Shown: positions 49,901-63,839, counted from the first letter of the stretch. The stretch: DNA of 64,000 nucleotides from Octopus bimaculoides (GCF_001194135.2 NC_068982.1:186515438-186579437); one strand, 5' to 3'. Numbers and translations are program-made. Notes: generated from the letters alone by a model not told the origin.

Positions 49901-50851
49901 AAACGAAAAAAGCTTATTAGAAACATCAGAACAATTCCACGGGGACGCCATTGGTTGCACACAATAAATACAGAGAATAATAAGCTATGGAAGTTGTAAA
50001 GATAATTTGTGGACAGCCACAAATGTATTTATCATCACCACATTCATAAGCAAGGAGCAGGAAGCGGACCAAGAAATTCAAATGAAATCCCACTACGACC
50101 ACAGCTCCATTTATCTTTTATCTTTTACTTGTTTCAGTCATTTGACTGCGACCATGCTGGGGCACTGCCTCGAGGAATTTTATTCAAATGAATTTACCCC
50201 AGTACTTTGTTTTAAGCCTGGTGCTTATTCTATCAGTTACAGGGATGTAAACATACCAATACCGGTTGTCAAGTGATGGTGGGAGACAAAGACACACACA
50301 TATATACAGTAGGCTTCTTTCAGTTTCCATCTACCTCATCCACTCACAACACTTTAGTCGGCCTGACACTGTAGCAGAAGACACTTGCCCAGGGTGCCAT
50401 GCAGTGGGACTGAACCCCAAACCATGTGGTTGGGATGCAAGCTCCTTACATCACAGCCACATCTACTCCAAAATAATTATTATCTGAAAATTTAATTTTG
50501 TATTTTTTCACAAATTAGATGGTAGATGGTGGATCTATTTCAATAATTGGGAATTCCCACTGTTGAAATCCTAGATACACCTATGTGTGTGTGTGTGTGT
50601 ATGATGGAGTATCATTTTTAATTAAATAAGTTTTATTATACTAAGGTTTAATTATGCATATAAATATATGAGATGCATAGTAGGGGATAAGCTCCCCACT
50701 GTAATGGGGTCCCTAGTCAGGGGCCTCATTACACTAACAGCTTATCTGCTTCTGTGCCTCTTGTATCTATTTCACTGCACTTAAAGTTGGGTTCTACCAA
50801 CAATGCCTTTGTTTTTATTGGCAGAATGACCATCCTAAGACACACTCACTT

Positions 50852-50882
<31 letters not shown>

Positions 50883-51197
50883 NNNNNNNNNNNNNNNNNN
50901 NNNNNNNNNNNNNNNNNNNNNNNNNNNNNNNNNNNNNNNNNNNNNNNNNNNNNNNNNNNNNNNNNNNNNNNNNNNNNNNNNNNNNNNNNNNNNNTATATA
51001 TATGGTTGTTATATTTGTTTGATAACATGATAGGTGAGGTAGAATGATGTCAATATTACAATAACCAGTAATATGTTGTGTGTCTATAGTCATATTACGA
51101 TCATAAAATTAGCATTAGCTTATTTCACTCTTTCACACAGAACCCTAGGGTTCCAGGGAACCCTGGTTGAGAAACGCTGCTCTAAGATATAGAGCAA

Positions 51198-51432
51198 TAT
51201 ATATTAAAAATGGGGAAGGCCAGTTTATGGGATTACCTTAGCTTTCCTGTCCATAAAGGCTTTAGCTTTATGGTGTATCGTCAGATCCTAAAATCTGTTG
51301 GCCCAAGACCTCTTCAGAATATGCCAACAGGTTTTGGGATCTGACGATACTCCATTCACCTAAACCTTTTATAGATGGGGAAGTTAAAGTAATCCCATAA
51401 ATCAGCCTTCCCCATTTTTAATATAAATAGGA
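51198..51432. mobile_element. Fold-back MITE with long imperfect TIRs
   Basis: tatattaaaaatggggaagg ... ccttccccatttttaatata, arms pair through most of the length; partial second copy at 30920-31016. Confidence 0.8.
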
Positions 51433-51891
51433 AATTTGTGTTACGTGCTCTCAGACATTTTGCTTTGAATACTTTATACTTTATTCTATGCTCTTTTGAA
51501 CTTTTGAACCTGTCACCTTTGTGTATATTGTGTGTGTGTGTGTGTGTGCGTAATTATTGTTATTATGATATTGGCCTTGTGCCAAAATTTGAAGCCATTA
51601 TTATTATTATTATTATTATTATTATCAAAGTGGCAGACTGCCAGCAACATTACCATACTAGACAATATATTTAGCAACGTTTCATCCAACTTGATGTTCT
51701 GAGTTCATATTCTCCTAAGGCTGGCTTTGTCTTTCATCCTTTTGGCATTGTTAAATTAAGTACCAGTTGCGTACTGGAGTCAATGAGATCAACCAGTCTC
51801 CTCCCCAAAAATTTCAGGCCTTGTGCCAATAGTAGAAAGGATTATTATTATTATTATTATTATTACTAACTTTTAAAGGAAAAAAGTGACA

Positions 51892-52284
51892 ATGACCTTA
51901 ACCAGTTGAGCATGTCCCTTGGTGACTGACGATATGTGCATCTCTGATCAGGAGCAGAAGTAGAGGGGGGAGCATCATAGCCATGTGTTGAGAGGAATTC
52001 TTTGGGGTTTGAATAATTCACCTCTGGAAACATGGGTGTTTCGTTCAACTTCCTTAAACAACCCTTATTCAGGGACCTGTTGAATGGGATGGGTTACTTA
52101 ATCTGAAGAAAATTCCAACTGGGCCCCACATGCAAGGTCATGTGCTGTTTATCTTGATATGAGATTACCATGTTGCACACATATGCTTGTGGTGCATGTG
52201 CCTGGTGTACCTTTATCGGACGGGTGGTCATGATGGATATACTGGGCTTCGTATATTTGTACCCCAGTGTCAATTTGATGACTC
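51892..52284 (+). mobile_element. Family F retroposon, 5'-truncated
   Basis: Reverse-complement similarity to 46744-47140; (AAT)n tail. Confidence 0.8.
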
Positions 52285-53394
52285 AATAATAATAATAATG
52301 TTATACACCACTGGTCACAATGTGCTTTGCATCTTTTTTTTTTCTAGCTTTCAAATGATGCCACTCAGCTAACTAAGCGAACAGGCTGACATTCACCCCT
52401 AATTGGAAGGCTTTTTTGTCACAGGGTGACCCATTTACAGCTGAGTGGACTGGAGCAACATAAAATGAAGTGTTTTGCTCAAGAACACAGCATGTGTCCA
52501 GTCTGGGAATTGAAACCACAATTTCACAACCATGAGTACAATTTGCCTGACCACTAGGCCATGTACCTTCACACACACACACACACACACAGTCCTCTGG
52601 AAGGATATGAATGTCAAAACTGCAATGTCCTTTTGTCTTCCCTGTAATACTCATCCACTGATTGTGTCTGCTTCAACGTAGATTCAGATTATATACAAGA
52701 GTGATAGTTAAGATGCGTAATTTCATGCTTTGGCAATTTCTTGGTGTATAATTTCCACCTTTAGTGAAGTAGATACTCAGGATGATTCCTGTGTTGTAAT
52801 TTGAAACCATAATGTAGAAACATTTGAGAAGATTTTTGTATGTAATCAGGGACACTTGTGACCTTGTTGAGAGCCAGTGTTGCAGACGACACATCTGAAG
52901 AGACAGATCTAACACTCAGCTGGCCGTGATAACAAGGGTTCCAGTTGATGTAATTAACTAAACAGACTGCTTGTGAAATTAACGTGCAATCGGCTGAGTA
53001 CTCCACAGACATGCTTGCCCTTAAGAGAGATTAAGCATGACACAGATTGTGACAAGGTTGGCCCTTTGAATTACAGGTACTACTCATTTTTGCCAGCTGA
53101 GTAGACTGAAGCATTGTGGAATAAAGTGTCTTGCTCAAGGACACAATACTCTGCCAGGAATGGAACTCACCACCTTACAATTATGAGCCAAATACACTAA
53201 CCATTAAGCCAAAAGCCTTCTGAAGAGATGTGAATGGCATTGAAGCAGATGAGGATGACAATTGAATGAAAAGGGTAAAGAGAGAAGAAAGTAAGAAGGA
53301 GAAAGCATCTTGGTATGTTCTTCCTGTGCTCTGCGGGCCCCTGGTGGTCCACAGAAGTAGTTCTGGCGGTCTGTGTGTGTTTTATATTTGCTAG

Positions 53395-54388
53395 GATGGT
53401 GTGTGATTGGTAATTGTCAGGGTGTTGTGTGTGTGTATGTGTTTGTTTGTTAGTGCGTCTGTGTGTGTACGTGTGTATATTTGTGTGTTTTGTGTTGGTG
53501 GGGATGTTGTGTGTGTACGTGAGTGTGTGTGTGTCTGTGTCTGTGTCTAAGAATGTTTGTGTTGTTATAATTGTCTTTGTGGTGTGTGTGAGAGTGCATA
53601 TGTATGTGTGTGTGTGTGAGTGTGTTGTATTTGTCAGGGGTTCTGTGTGTGTCCGTGTGTGTTGGGTTTATCTGGGTGGTGTGTATGTATGTGCGTGTAC
53701 GTTCTGTGCATGTTGGTACTGAGTATGCGTTTGTGTGTCCGTGTGTATATATGTGGGTATGGTTTATGTAGTTTCTGTGTGTGTGTGAGTGATTTGTTTT
53801 GTTTGCAGTGTGTGTGTGTATACGTTTGGGTGCGTTTGTGTGAGTGTGTCTATGTGTCTTGTATTTGTCAGGAAGGTGTTTGTCCTTGTGTGTGTGCATG
53901 CTTGTGTGTATGTCTGTGTGTTTGTGAGCGTTTGTTGTGATTGTTGGGATTCTATTGTGTGTATATGTGTGTGTTTTTCCTTTTGAGTGTGTGTGTATGA
54001 TTTTTTACTGGGGAACGGACATATTGTGTTTGTGTGTGTGTGTGTGTGTACATGTGTGCATATATGAGTGTGGGTTGTGTTGTATTTGCGTGTTTGTGTG
54101 TGTATCTGTGTGGGTGTGTTTGTGTGATTTGTAATTGTCAAGGTGGTGTGTGTAGGTGTGTGCATGTACATGTTTACGTATGTGTGTGTAAGGGTTGGTT
54201 ATGGTTGCTAGAATTGTATTGCAAGTGTATATATGTATGTTTTTTTTGGAATGTGTGTGGGTTTGTGCTCTAGTGTGGGGATATTGTGTGTTTGCATGGG
54301 AGGTTTGCATTGTATTTGTGTGTGTGTGTGTGTGTGTGTGATTTTGTACATCTGTATGTGTTTCTGTGTGTTTGTTGTGGGTGTGTAC
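53395..54388. repeat. About 1-kb degenerate (GT)n-rich tract
   Basis: Direct reading; explains all V/C-rich and H/T-rich ORFs here. Confidence 0.9.
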
Positions 54389-55319
54389 NNNNNNNNNNNN
54401 NNNNNNNNNNNNNNNNNNNNNNNNNNNNNNNNNNNNNNNNNNNNNNNNNNNNNNNNNNNNNNNNNNNNNNNNNNNNNNNNNNNNNNNNNNNNNNNNNNNN
54501 NNNNNNNNNNNNNNNNNNNNNNNNNNNNNNNNNNNNNNNNNNNNNNNNNNNNNNNNNNNNNNNNNNNNNNNNNNNNNNNNNNNNNNNNNNNNNNNNNNNN
54601 NNNNNNNNNNNNNNNNNNNNNNNNNNNNNNNNNNNNNNNNNNNNNNNNNNNNNNNNNNNNNNNNNNNNNNNNNNNNNNNNNNNNNNNNNNNNNNNNNNNN
54701 NNNNNNNNNNNNNNNNNNNNNNNNNNNNNNNNNNNNNNNNNNNNNNNNNNNNNNNNNNNNNNNNNNNNNNNNNNNNNNNNNNNNNNNNNNNNNNNNNNNN
54801 NNNNNNNNNNNNNNNNNNNNNNNNNNNNNNNNNNNNNNNNNNNNNNNNNNNNNNNNNNNNNNNNNNNNNNNNNNNNNNNNNNNAAACAAACATGATTTTT
54901 ATTGAACTCATAATACTTTTTGTTGAATACTTTCTTAAATACTTTCTTGTCAACTGTTTTTAACATTTTCTTATTATTATCAAAGAATGTATAACTGTAC
55001 TTTAATCCCTTTGTGACAACCAGTACTTAACACAACAAAGCTTATACAAAGCTTTACATTTTACTTTTGACAATCTAAAAAAGTGAAACCGGTCAAGTGA
55101 ATAAACATCTTTAAAATTGCATTTTCAAACCTTCTTTCATATATATTTCCACTCAAGCTGTACCTTACAACTTTACTTTGTTTTATATTTGCATCTGTAA
55201 ACAACAGGAGCAGCTTCAATCATCAGGAAGTACTTCCTGTGATATTGCACGTGCAGGCCGACGATCAGATGCAACGACGTTGCTAATTGGCTGAGGAGTT
55301 GTTAAGCAATATGTTTGTA

Positions 55320-55405
55320 AAGGATAAGCATATTAAAAGGGGTCCGCGGGAAAACTCATTTAAATAAAAGGAGTCCTTGGTAGTGAAAAGGTTGGGAACC
55401 ACTGC
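55320..55405. mobile_element. Right end of a hAT (Charlie-like) MITE
   Basis: aaggttgggaaccactg followed by ctcta; a similar end at 51140-51180. Confidence 0.5.
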
Positions 55406-56569
55406 TCTACTAAAAAGTTACAACTGCAAATATATATCATGACTGGGGTCAATTTGTTCGACTAAAGGTGGTGCTCCAGCATGGCCGCAGTCAAATGACT
55501 GAAAAAAGTAAAAGGTAAAAACTTGCTATTTTATANNNNNNNNNNNNNNNNNNNNNNNNNNNNNNNNNNNNNNNNNNNNNNNNNNNNNNNNNNNNNNNNN
55601 NNNNNNNNNNNNNNNNNNNNNNNNNNNNNNNNNNNNNNNNNNNNNNNNNNNNNNNNNNNNNNNNNNNNNNNNNNNNNNNNNNNNNNNNNNNNNNNNNNNN
55701 NNNNNNNNNNNNNNNNNNNNNNNNNNNNNNNNNNNNNNNNNNNNNNNNNNNNNNNNNNNNNNNNNNNNNNNNNNNNNNNNNNNNNNNNNNNNNNNNNNNN
55801 NNNNNNNNNNNNNNNNNNNNNNNNNNNNNNNNNNNNNNNNNNNNNNNNNNNNNNNNNNNNNNNNNNNNNNNNNNNNNNNNNNNNNNNNNNNNNNNNNNNN
55901 NNNNNNNNNNNNNNNNNNNNNNNNNNNNNNNNNNNNNNNNNNNNNNNNNNNNNNNNNNNNNNNNNNNNNNNNNNNNNNNNNNNNNNNNNNNNNNNNNNNN
56001 NNNNNNNNNNNNNNNNNNNNNNNNNNNNNNNNNNNNNNNNNNNNNNNNNNNNNNNNNNNNNNNNNNNNNNNNNNNNNNNNNNNNNNNNNNNNNGATGATT
56101 GAAGCTGCTCCTGTTGTTTACAGATGCAAATATTGTGAGGAGTTCCTCTGCATTGGACTGGCACCACAAGCGCCAGTATTGGCAATAAAATAAAATTTTT
56201 AAAAAAAACAAGTTGTTAGGACAATGTTGCTCTCTGTTTGGTATTTTATTTCAATATGGAAGACAGAAAAGACATTTTAGTGACACAGAAACAGCATTAG
56301 GTGGGAAATCATTTATTTTGGGTCTTTTATCCAGGGAATCTGGGGGGGGGGGGAATGCCAAGGACAACGGGTCTCTGGAGTTCAAAGTGAAACTGCATCA
56401 AAATCTGTACCTGTCATGAATCTACCTTCTGTGCCGTGCTGTTAACCATTTCTACCTGTGCAGCACAGGCCCCAATTACCAAGCAAGTGACAAGATGTTG
56501 GCAAGTTGATATTTTAACGAGGTTTCAATCTCTGGTTGGAGCAATTTACAAAGATTTCACTACTGCCAT

Positions 56570-56905
56570 TCTTTACTCTTTTACTTGTTTCAGTCATTTG
56601 ACTGTGGCCATGCTGGAGCACCGCCTTTAGTCGAGCAAATCAACCCCAGGACTTATTCTTTGTAAGCCTAGTACTTATTATATCAGTCTCTTTTGCCGAA
56701 CTGCTAAGTTACGGGGACATAAACACACCAGCATCGGTTGTCAAGCGACATTGGGGGACAAATACAGACACACACACACATATATATATATACATATATA
56801 CGACAGGCTTCTTTCAGTTTCCATCCACCAAATTCACTCACAAGGATTGAACCTGGAACCATGTGGTTGGGAAGCAAGCTTCTTACTACACAGCCACACC
56901 TGTGC
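56570..56905 (-). mobile_element. SINE family A copy
   Basis: Reverse complement of consensus. Confidence 0.9.
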
Positions 56906-57394
56906 CTAAATTCAAACACACATCACTAGTGCCCTTTTTGGGGGCCATATACTAAAAGCATCAATATTACCCTTGGCTGAGGCAATATAGTAAAAGCATT
57001 ACAAGTGCCTGTTGTGGGGGCTGTATACAGGGAACTCTGTTCATTACTTCCTACTTACAAAAGACGGGTGTGTCTGCAAAAGATGGCAGTCTTAATAGAT
57101 TAGAAATAGTTTTTAGCTTCTCAACTCCCTCATTTCTACTCATGTTACAGCTTTTGTTTTTCACTTGTGACATCAACCATTGCAAGCTGGTAGAGCCATT
57201 AGCACGTTGGGCAAAGCACTTAGCAGCATTCTGTCTGTCTTTATGTTCTGAGTTCAAATTCTACCTAGGTCGACTTTGCCTTTCGTTCTTTCAGGGTCGA
57301 TAAATTAAGTACCACTGATGTCAATGTAATAGACTAGCCCCTCCACTCAAAACTGCAGGCTTTGTACCTATAGCTGGAAGTATTATTATTATTG

Positions 57395-57594
57395 GCAGAA
57401 TTGTTAGCACACTGGATGAAATGCTTAGTGGTATTTCACCCATCACTATGTTCTGAGTTCAAATTCCGCTGAGGTCAACTTTACCTTTCATCCTTTCAGG
57501 GTCAATAAATCAAGTACCAGTTGAGTAATGGGGTCGATGTAATCAACTATCCCCCACCCCAACAATTTCAAGCCTTATGCCTATTATAGAAAGG

Positions 57595-57600
<6 letters not shown>
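57395..57600 (+). mobile_element. SINE family B copy; a second copy lies directly upstream at 57185-57390
   Basis: Head, core and (TTA)n tail. Confidence 0.85.
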
Positions 57601-57628
<28 letters not shown>

Positions 57629-57629
<1 letters not shown>

Positions 57630-58495
57630 CAGGTCATCCCATAAGTTCTGTCCGATTTTACCTTTTATAAAATTGAATGAAATTTAATAGTATTTTAGAA
57701 TGTCTAATGGAATTTAAAATTAATTTTTATGCATTTGTATACATTTAAACTAATTAAATATCATTTTACAGAATAATAGAATTAAAAATTATTCGATTAA
57801 AATCCTTTCTAACATGGAAGTATCCNNNNNNNNNNNNNNNNNNNNNNNNNNNNNNNNNNNNNNNNNNNNNNNNNNNNNNNNNNNNNNNNNNNNNNNNNNN
57901 NNNNNNNNNNNNNNNNNNNNNNNNNNNNNNNNNNNNNNNNNNNNNNNNNNNNNNNNNNNNNNNNNNNNNNNNNNNNNNNNNNNNNNNNNNNNNNNNNNNN
58001 NNNNNNNNNNNNNNNNNNNNNNNNNNNNNNNNNNNNNNNNNNNNNNNNNNNNNNNNNNNNNNNNNNNNNNNNNNNNNNNNNNNNNNNNNNNNNNNNNNNN
58101 NNNNNNNNNNNNNNNNNNNNNNNNNNNNNNNNNNNNNNNNNNNNNNNNGATCACATCACATAAGATTGAAGAGCTTGGTTGGGAAAAAAATTCCTCATCC
58201 ACCTTATTCTCCCAATCTTGCCCCTTCAGACTACCATTTGTTTCGGAGTTTACAGAATCATTTGCGAGACATAACTTTCGCAAGCCATGAGGAGGTCGAA
58301 ACTGACATTTCAGAGTTCTTCGTTTTGAAACCAAAAGAGTTTTACATTGATGGGATTAAAAAGCTTGTAAATAGATGGAAGGAAGTCATAGAAAATCAGG
58401 GAAAATACATTGATGATTAAATTTCAATTAAATATAACATTTCATCACTTGTTTTCTTTATTCAAAATTCGGACAGAACTTATAGGATGACCTGA
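57629..58495 (+). mobile_element. mariner DNA transposon with both TIRs (middle lies in a gap)
   Basis: 27-bp TIRs with one mismatch (57629-57655, 58469-58495), TA flanks, ATG at 57814 and transposase C-terminus. Confidence 0.95.
58150..58420 (+). pseudogene. mariner transposase C-terminus (frameshift in an A run at about 58183-58190)
   Basis: IEELGWE / KIPHPPYSPNLAPSDYHLFRSLQNHL...GIKKLVNRWKEVIENQGKYIDD*. Confidence 0.9.
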
Positions 58496-58974
58496 TATTA
58501 TTATTATTGAAATGCTGCTGAACAAAATGCTTTCCTTCTGGTTCTTGAGATTCTGAGTTCAAATTCTGCCACGGTCAAATTGCTTTTATCCTTTCAGAGG
58601 TGCTGGGGTCGATGTAACCAACAAGCACCCTCCTTCCCCTAAAACTGCTGGCCCAGTACCAAAATTTGAAAGAATTATTATGACAGTAGCAGCAGGGGGA
58701 TTTAATTAATTTGTCAAAATCTTTCACCACACATCTGTAACCTTTGCAATGTTTTCTCTGTGTCTGACTTTTTCCTGGTTGTTTGGTGATTGCTTTTTGT
58801 TGTTGTTGCTGTCACACTTATGTATACATATGTGCGTATATGTGTTTGATGTTTTGATCCTGTGGTGAGTGTGTGTGTGTGTGTGTAATTGCTGAAGGAC
58901 TCTGTGTGTTCTGCTCACTGCCATTATATATGAGTGCGTGCACATGTATGTGTGTAAATATTCTTATATTCTTA

Positions 58975-59347
58975 TATTTGTTTCAGTCATTTGACTGCGA
59001 CCATGCTGGAGCACCACTTTTAGTCAAGCAAATCAACCCCAGGACTTATTCTTTGTAAGCCTAGCACTTATTTTATCGGTCTCTCTTGCCAAACAGCTAA
59101 TATACGGGGACGTAAACACCGGCATTAGTTGTCAAATGATATTGGGGGGACAAATACATACATATATATATATATATATACACGACAGGTTTCTTTCAGT
59201 TTCTGTCTACCAAATCCACTCACAAGGCTTTGGTCGGCCCAAGCTTGTAGTAGAAGACACTTGCCCAAGGTGCCACACAGTGGGACTGAACCCGGAACTA
59301 TGTGGTTGGTAAGCAAGCTACTTACCACACAGCCACTCCTTCACCTA
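58975..59347 (-). mobile_element. SINE family A copy
   Basis: Reverse complement of consensus. Confidence 0.9.
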
Positions 59348-59934
59348 TAAACGTTATTTGTTTGTTTGTTTTGTCAACTGAGTAGATAACAAGTTTTGAA
59401 TTTGTCTCTGTTGCCCATTTGTTTTCATGGTAGGTCACTTTCTATCTTGCTGTTTATCTGTGTGTGTGTGTGCGTGTGTGTGAGGGTGAGTGCATGCATG
59501 CTCACCAATCTGTCTATCCAGATACTTATATCTATGTGTATATATACATATAATTACACACATACGCATGTATGTATAAGAACGTACATTTATACATAAA
59601 TAAGAACGCTTATATACATTAAAATGCACACACACACACACACGCATGTATGTACATGTGTGTATGTGTGTGGGGGGAGCAGAACAAACACGAGAAACAG
59701 AACCCAATACATAAGTATGTTACCGTTTATCTTTTGCTTGTTTCAGTCATTAGAGTGCGGCCATGCTGGGGCACCACCTTAAAGGGTTTAATTGAATAAA
59801 TTAACCTCATTTTTTTTTTTAAGCTTAGTACTTATTTTGTCAGTCTGTTTTGTTGAGCCACTAGGTTACAGAGATGTAAACAAGCCAACACTGATTGTCA
59901 AGCAGTGGTAGGTGACAAACACAGACACACACAT

Positions 59935-60400
59935 CATTGTTTAACGTCCACTTTCCATGCTGGCATGGGTTGGACAGTTTGACTGAGGTCTGGAAAGCCA
60001 GGAGGCTCCAATCTGATCTGGCAAGGTTTCTACAGCTGGATGCCCTTCTTAATGCCAACCCCTCCGAGAGTGTAGTGGGTGCTTTTTATGTGCCACCAGC
60101 ACGGGAGCAAGTCAAGCAGTACTGGCATGGACCGCACTTGTTATGGTGCCACTGGCATGGGTGCCAGTCAGGTGGTACTGGCATTGGCCATGACAGCAAT
60201 TTTACTTGACTGAATAGGTCTTCTCAAGCACAGCACATTGCCCAACAATCGAAGGGACCTCTTAAATGGGCCAGTTATGCGACACCGGCATAGGCCATAG
60301 CTACAATCTCACTTAGCTTTCCAGGTCTTCTCAAGCACAGCATATCTCCAAAGGTCTTGGTTGCTTGTCATTGTCTCAGTGAGGCACTACGTTCGAAGGT
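59935..60400 (-). mobile_element. SINE family C long copy
   Basis: Core plus upstream region shared with 38485-38880. Confidence 0.8.
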
Positions 60401-61177
60401 CATGCTTCATTACCTCATCCCAGGTTTTCCTGGGTCTTCCTCTTCCATACATGATGACGACTTTCTTTAAGTTTCCACCTAACAAATCCACTCACAAGGC
60501 TTTGATTGACATGGAGTTAAGAAGAAGACACTTGCCCAAGTTGTCATGCTATGGGATTGAACCTGGAACCACGTGGTTGAGAAGTAAGCTTCTTACCACA
60601 CAGCCATGCCTTTCTATTATTTTTTTAAAGACAAAACATTACAAAAGTAAGTCAAAGGCCGAGAGTTTTATGCTACTTTCAGCCTTTGAGTCACTTTTGT
60701 ACTTTCTGCTGATTAAAAATAACAAAAAGAGTGTGTAATTTCATTTATGCACTATAGATGTTTCAAAAACAAATTGTATCTGGATTGTTTAACAGTTTCA
60801 ATGTTACATAATACAGCTTCCATATATTTTTGAAAAATATGTAATGCATAGCTGTTTCTTCTATCCCTTTGAATTCACTAATTCATTTCAAATAATAACA
60901 ATGAAATTATGGTGTATAGTGTTCAGGTGCACTACAACTCATCAAAGGTGCATATACAGGGCATAGAATTATGTACAAGAGTCAGGACAGTGAACGAGTC
61001 ATGATGTGCATGCGTATGGAGGAGAGGATAGGGAGGGATATCAGGTGTAGTGTTTGGTGAATTTCAGGAAGCATGGAGGTTTTAAAGGATGTAATGTCTC
61101 AGCAGCTAACACCTGATGCAGGTACTTTATTGCAAAGCAAGTAGCTTAAGCTGCTTTTGTACCGGAGTTTATTATGT

Positions 61178-61571
61178 AGGAGTAGCTGTGTGGTAAGTAG
61201 CTAGCTTACGAACCACATGGTTCCGGGTTCAGTCCCACTGCGTGGCACCTTGGGCGAGAATCTTCTACTATAGCCTCAGGCTGACCAAAGCCTTGTGAGT
61301 GGATTTGGTAGACGGAAACTGAAAGAAGCCCGTCGTATATATACATATATATATGTGTGTGTGTGTATATGTTTGTGTGTCTGTGTTTGTCCCCACAACA
61401 TCGCTTGATAACCGATGCTGGTGTGCTTATGTCTGTAACTTAGCGGTTCAGCAAAAGAGACCGATAGAATAAGTACTAGGCTATAGAATAAGTCCTGGGG
61501 TTGATTTGCTCGACTAAAGGTGGTGCTCCAGCATGGCCACAGTCACATGACTAAAACAAGTAAAAGAGTAT
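61178..61571 (+). mobile_element. SINE family A full-length copy
   Basis: High similarity to 7178-7571. Confidence 0.9.
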
Positions 61572-62540
61572 GTAGTTGATAAAGCATTGCTTGAACTAAC
61601 ACTGAATTAATTTGCTAATTATAAAACATAAAATCATCAAATTGTTAATTAAAAAGTAAATTATCATCCTGTCAGCCAAAGAGATAACAGAAAACAAAAG
61701 ACACACACACACACACACACAGACAGAGTGTTAAATAAACAGTGTCCACACAATTACAAATCCAAACTCACAGCTACAAGCACATACTCACACTTAGACA
61801 CACTCTTAGACACACCTTCCATAAAACCAAAATACATAGATAAGTACCAGACATCCTGGTATAAGTTAGTTACAGGGAAGTCACTGAGAAGGGCTCAGTT
61901 GTGTGGTGAGAGTGTTTAATAAATAAATTTATTAATTCATAAAAAAAAATTAACTGCAACCAGTGTAAGTGTTTTTTATCTTTTATTGGTTGAATGATTC
62001 TTTCCAAGATACATTTGTTTCAACACATGGCTTCACATCAAGAATCCTGCAAAACAAACACATGCAAGTAAAACCGCAGTCATGGCAGATACTGGTGTCA
62101 CGCAAATGGCACCCGTGCCAGTGGCATGTAAGAGCACTCATTATTACACTCTCGGAGTGGTTGGCGTTAGGAAGGGCATCCAGCTGTAGAAACCCTGCCA
62201 ACTCAGACTAGTCTGGTGCTGCCTTCCAGCTTACCAGCCCTGGTGAAACTGTCCAACCCATGCCTGCATGGACAACAGACGTTAAACGATGATGATGAAC
62301 ATTTAATTTTCATCTTTCCCCTACATACTGTTACTTTTGTTTTCTTTCTTAGCAATTTTGTCAGTCCCTTCCCCCATCCCACTTTTATTCAATTGTGTGA
62401 TTATACGGGGTTTAAAGCTAAATCTGATTTAATACTAAAACTGATACTAAAGCTGCAGAAATGTGGTTTTATAGAGAAATGCTTAGAATCTCGTGGGTAG
62501 AGAGGGGGTGATGAAAGTGAAGAGACAGTGTGATGGATAC

Positions 62541-62580
<40 letters not shown>

Positions 62581-62954
62581 GATGACGGAATGGAGTGTTG
62601 CATGGTGGAGACTGAGCTGGTGGGAGGGAGAGGGAGGCAGAGGATGAAGGTGTTCAAAACTGGATGAAGAAGAGAATGAACGTGCAGAGCGAGAAAGACT
62701 TGGATGGTGTTGTGAGGGACAGAAATAAATGGAGGAGGAACAAGCCAAGATTAGTCAAAGGCATGAATATGCTATGACGCAAGAGAGAGAGAGAGGAAAC
62801 TAAATTGTATGGATATATATTGATGGGAAAGTAATGGAGAGCAAACCATGTGTTCAGAGCTACAATGGGTTTTGCAATATGACTTTTTTACTCCAGTACA
62901 TACTAGGTATGCATTCTAGTTCACTAGCATGTAAATTACGAATTCTTATATATA

Positions 62955-63386
62955 TAATTTTGGGAGCTGTACTTTTGTGATCCTTTCTAACAATTCACGT
63001 AAGAGTCCGACGGTCCCTGTCTGAAAGTTTTGGTTTTCTTCCGGAGTTAAGTTTCAACGACGAGGTTTTTCCCTTCTTTCTCAAAGGCTGCCATTACTTT
63101 CGAGACAGTACTTCTTGATACACCAAACATTTCAGCTGTTTTCATTACGCTAGCACCCGCCATATGAGCACCAATAATTTGACCTCTTTGAAAGTCCGAT
63201 CTGTCATTTCAGTGAATTTTAATTACCTTTTTCTGATGATATCTGAAAAGAAACAGCAATTTTAGCAAAACATATTAAGCAACACTAATAATAAATCAAA
63301 AAACAAAAATAAACAAGCTTTTAATGGTTTTATAGATATTTCAAAATTATGATGTTAGATGTTTCCATTATTATATCCAACCCCTG
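62955..63386 (-). mobile_element. Tc1-like transposon 5' half with a decayed transposase N-terminus
   Basis: Terminus ta|caggggttggatataataatggaaac; from ATG at 63207 with two frameshifts DFQRGQIIGAHMAGASVMKTAEMFGVSRSTVSKVMAAFEKEG / KTSSLKLNSGRKPKLSDRDRRTLT*IVRKDHKSTAPKI (paired-like HTH, GRK motif). Confidence 0.9.
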
Positions 63387-63839
63387 TATATATACACACA
63401 CACACACACACACATATATATATTTTGTGTAGATAGTTTGTAAGCTTCAAGCAGTGTGTGGCACATATAGCAAACAAAAAGTGCTCAGTGCATGATAACC
63501 TACAGACTTTTTCCAATATTGAAGTTTTAAGAGTTTCTATATAGCTCACAGCAACTAGTGGTCGCTCAAATGTGAATAAAAATTCCAAACTGAGGGAGTG
63601 AAACAGGTAAAATGCACACTACATATGTTTCTTAGTGAGATGAATCTCTGATGTAATAGTTATACAATGAGGAGTGCTCAATTTAGCTAATCATCAGGCT
63701 GAGATCACCTTAATTAATTGAAGGTTACATTGTCGCTTGGAGTTTCTAAGTCACCTAAACTACAATGGTAAGCTTTACTGAATAAAGCAGCAAGTAATAC
63801 AGAAAAAAAAAATTCAAAAATATAAAAAGGTCAAATTAG

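Larger units (their letters stand above)
696..58149. other. Fourteen assembly gaps (first 696-1164, last 57826-58149), about 5.5 kb of N in total
   Basis: N runs; X-containing ORFs are gap artefacts. Confidence 0.98.
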
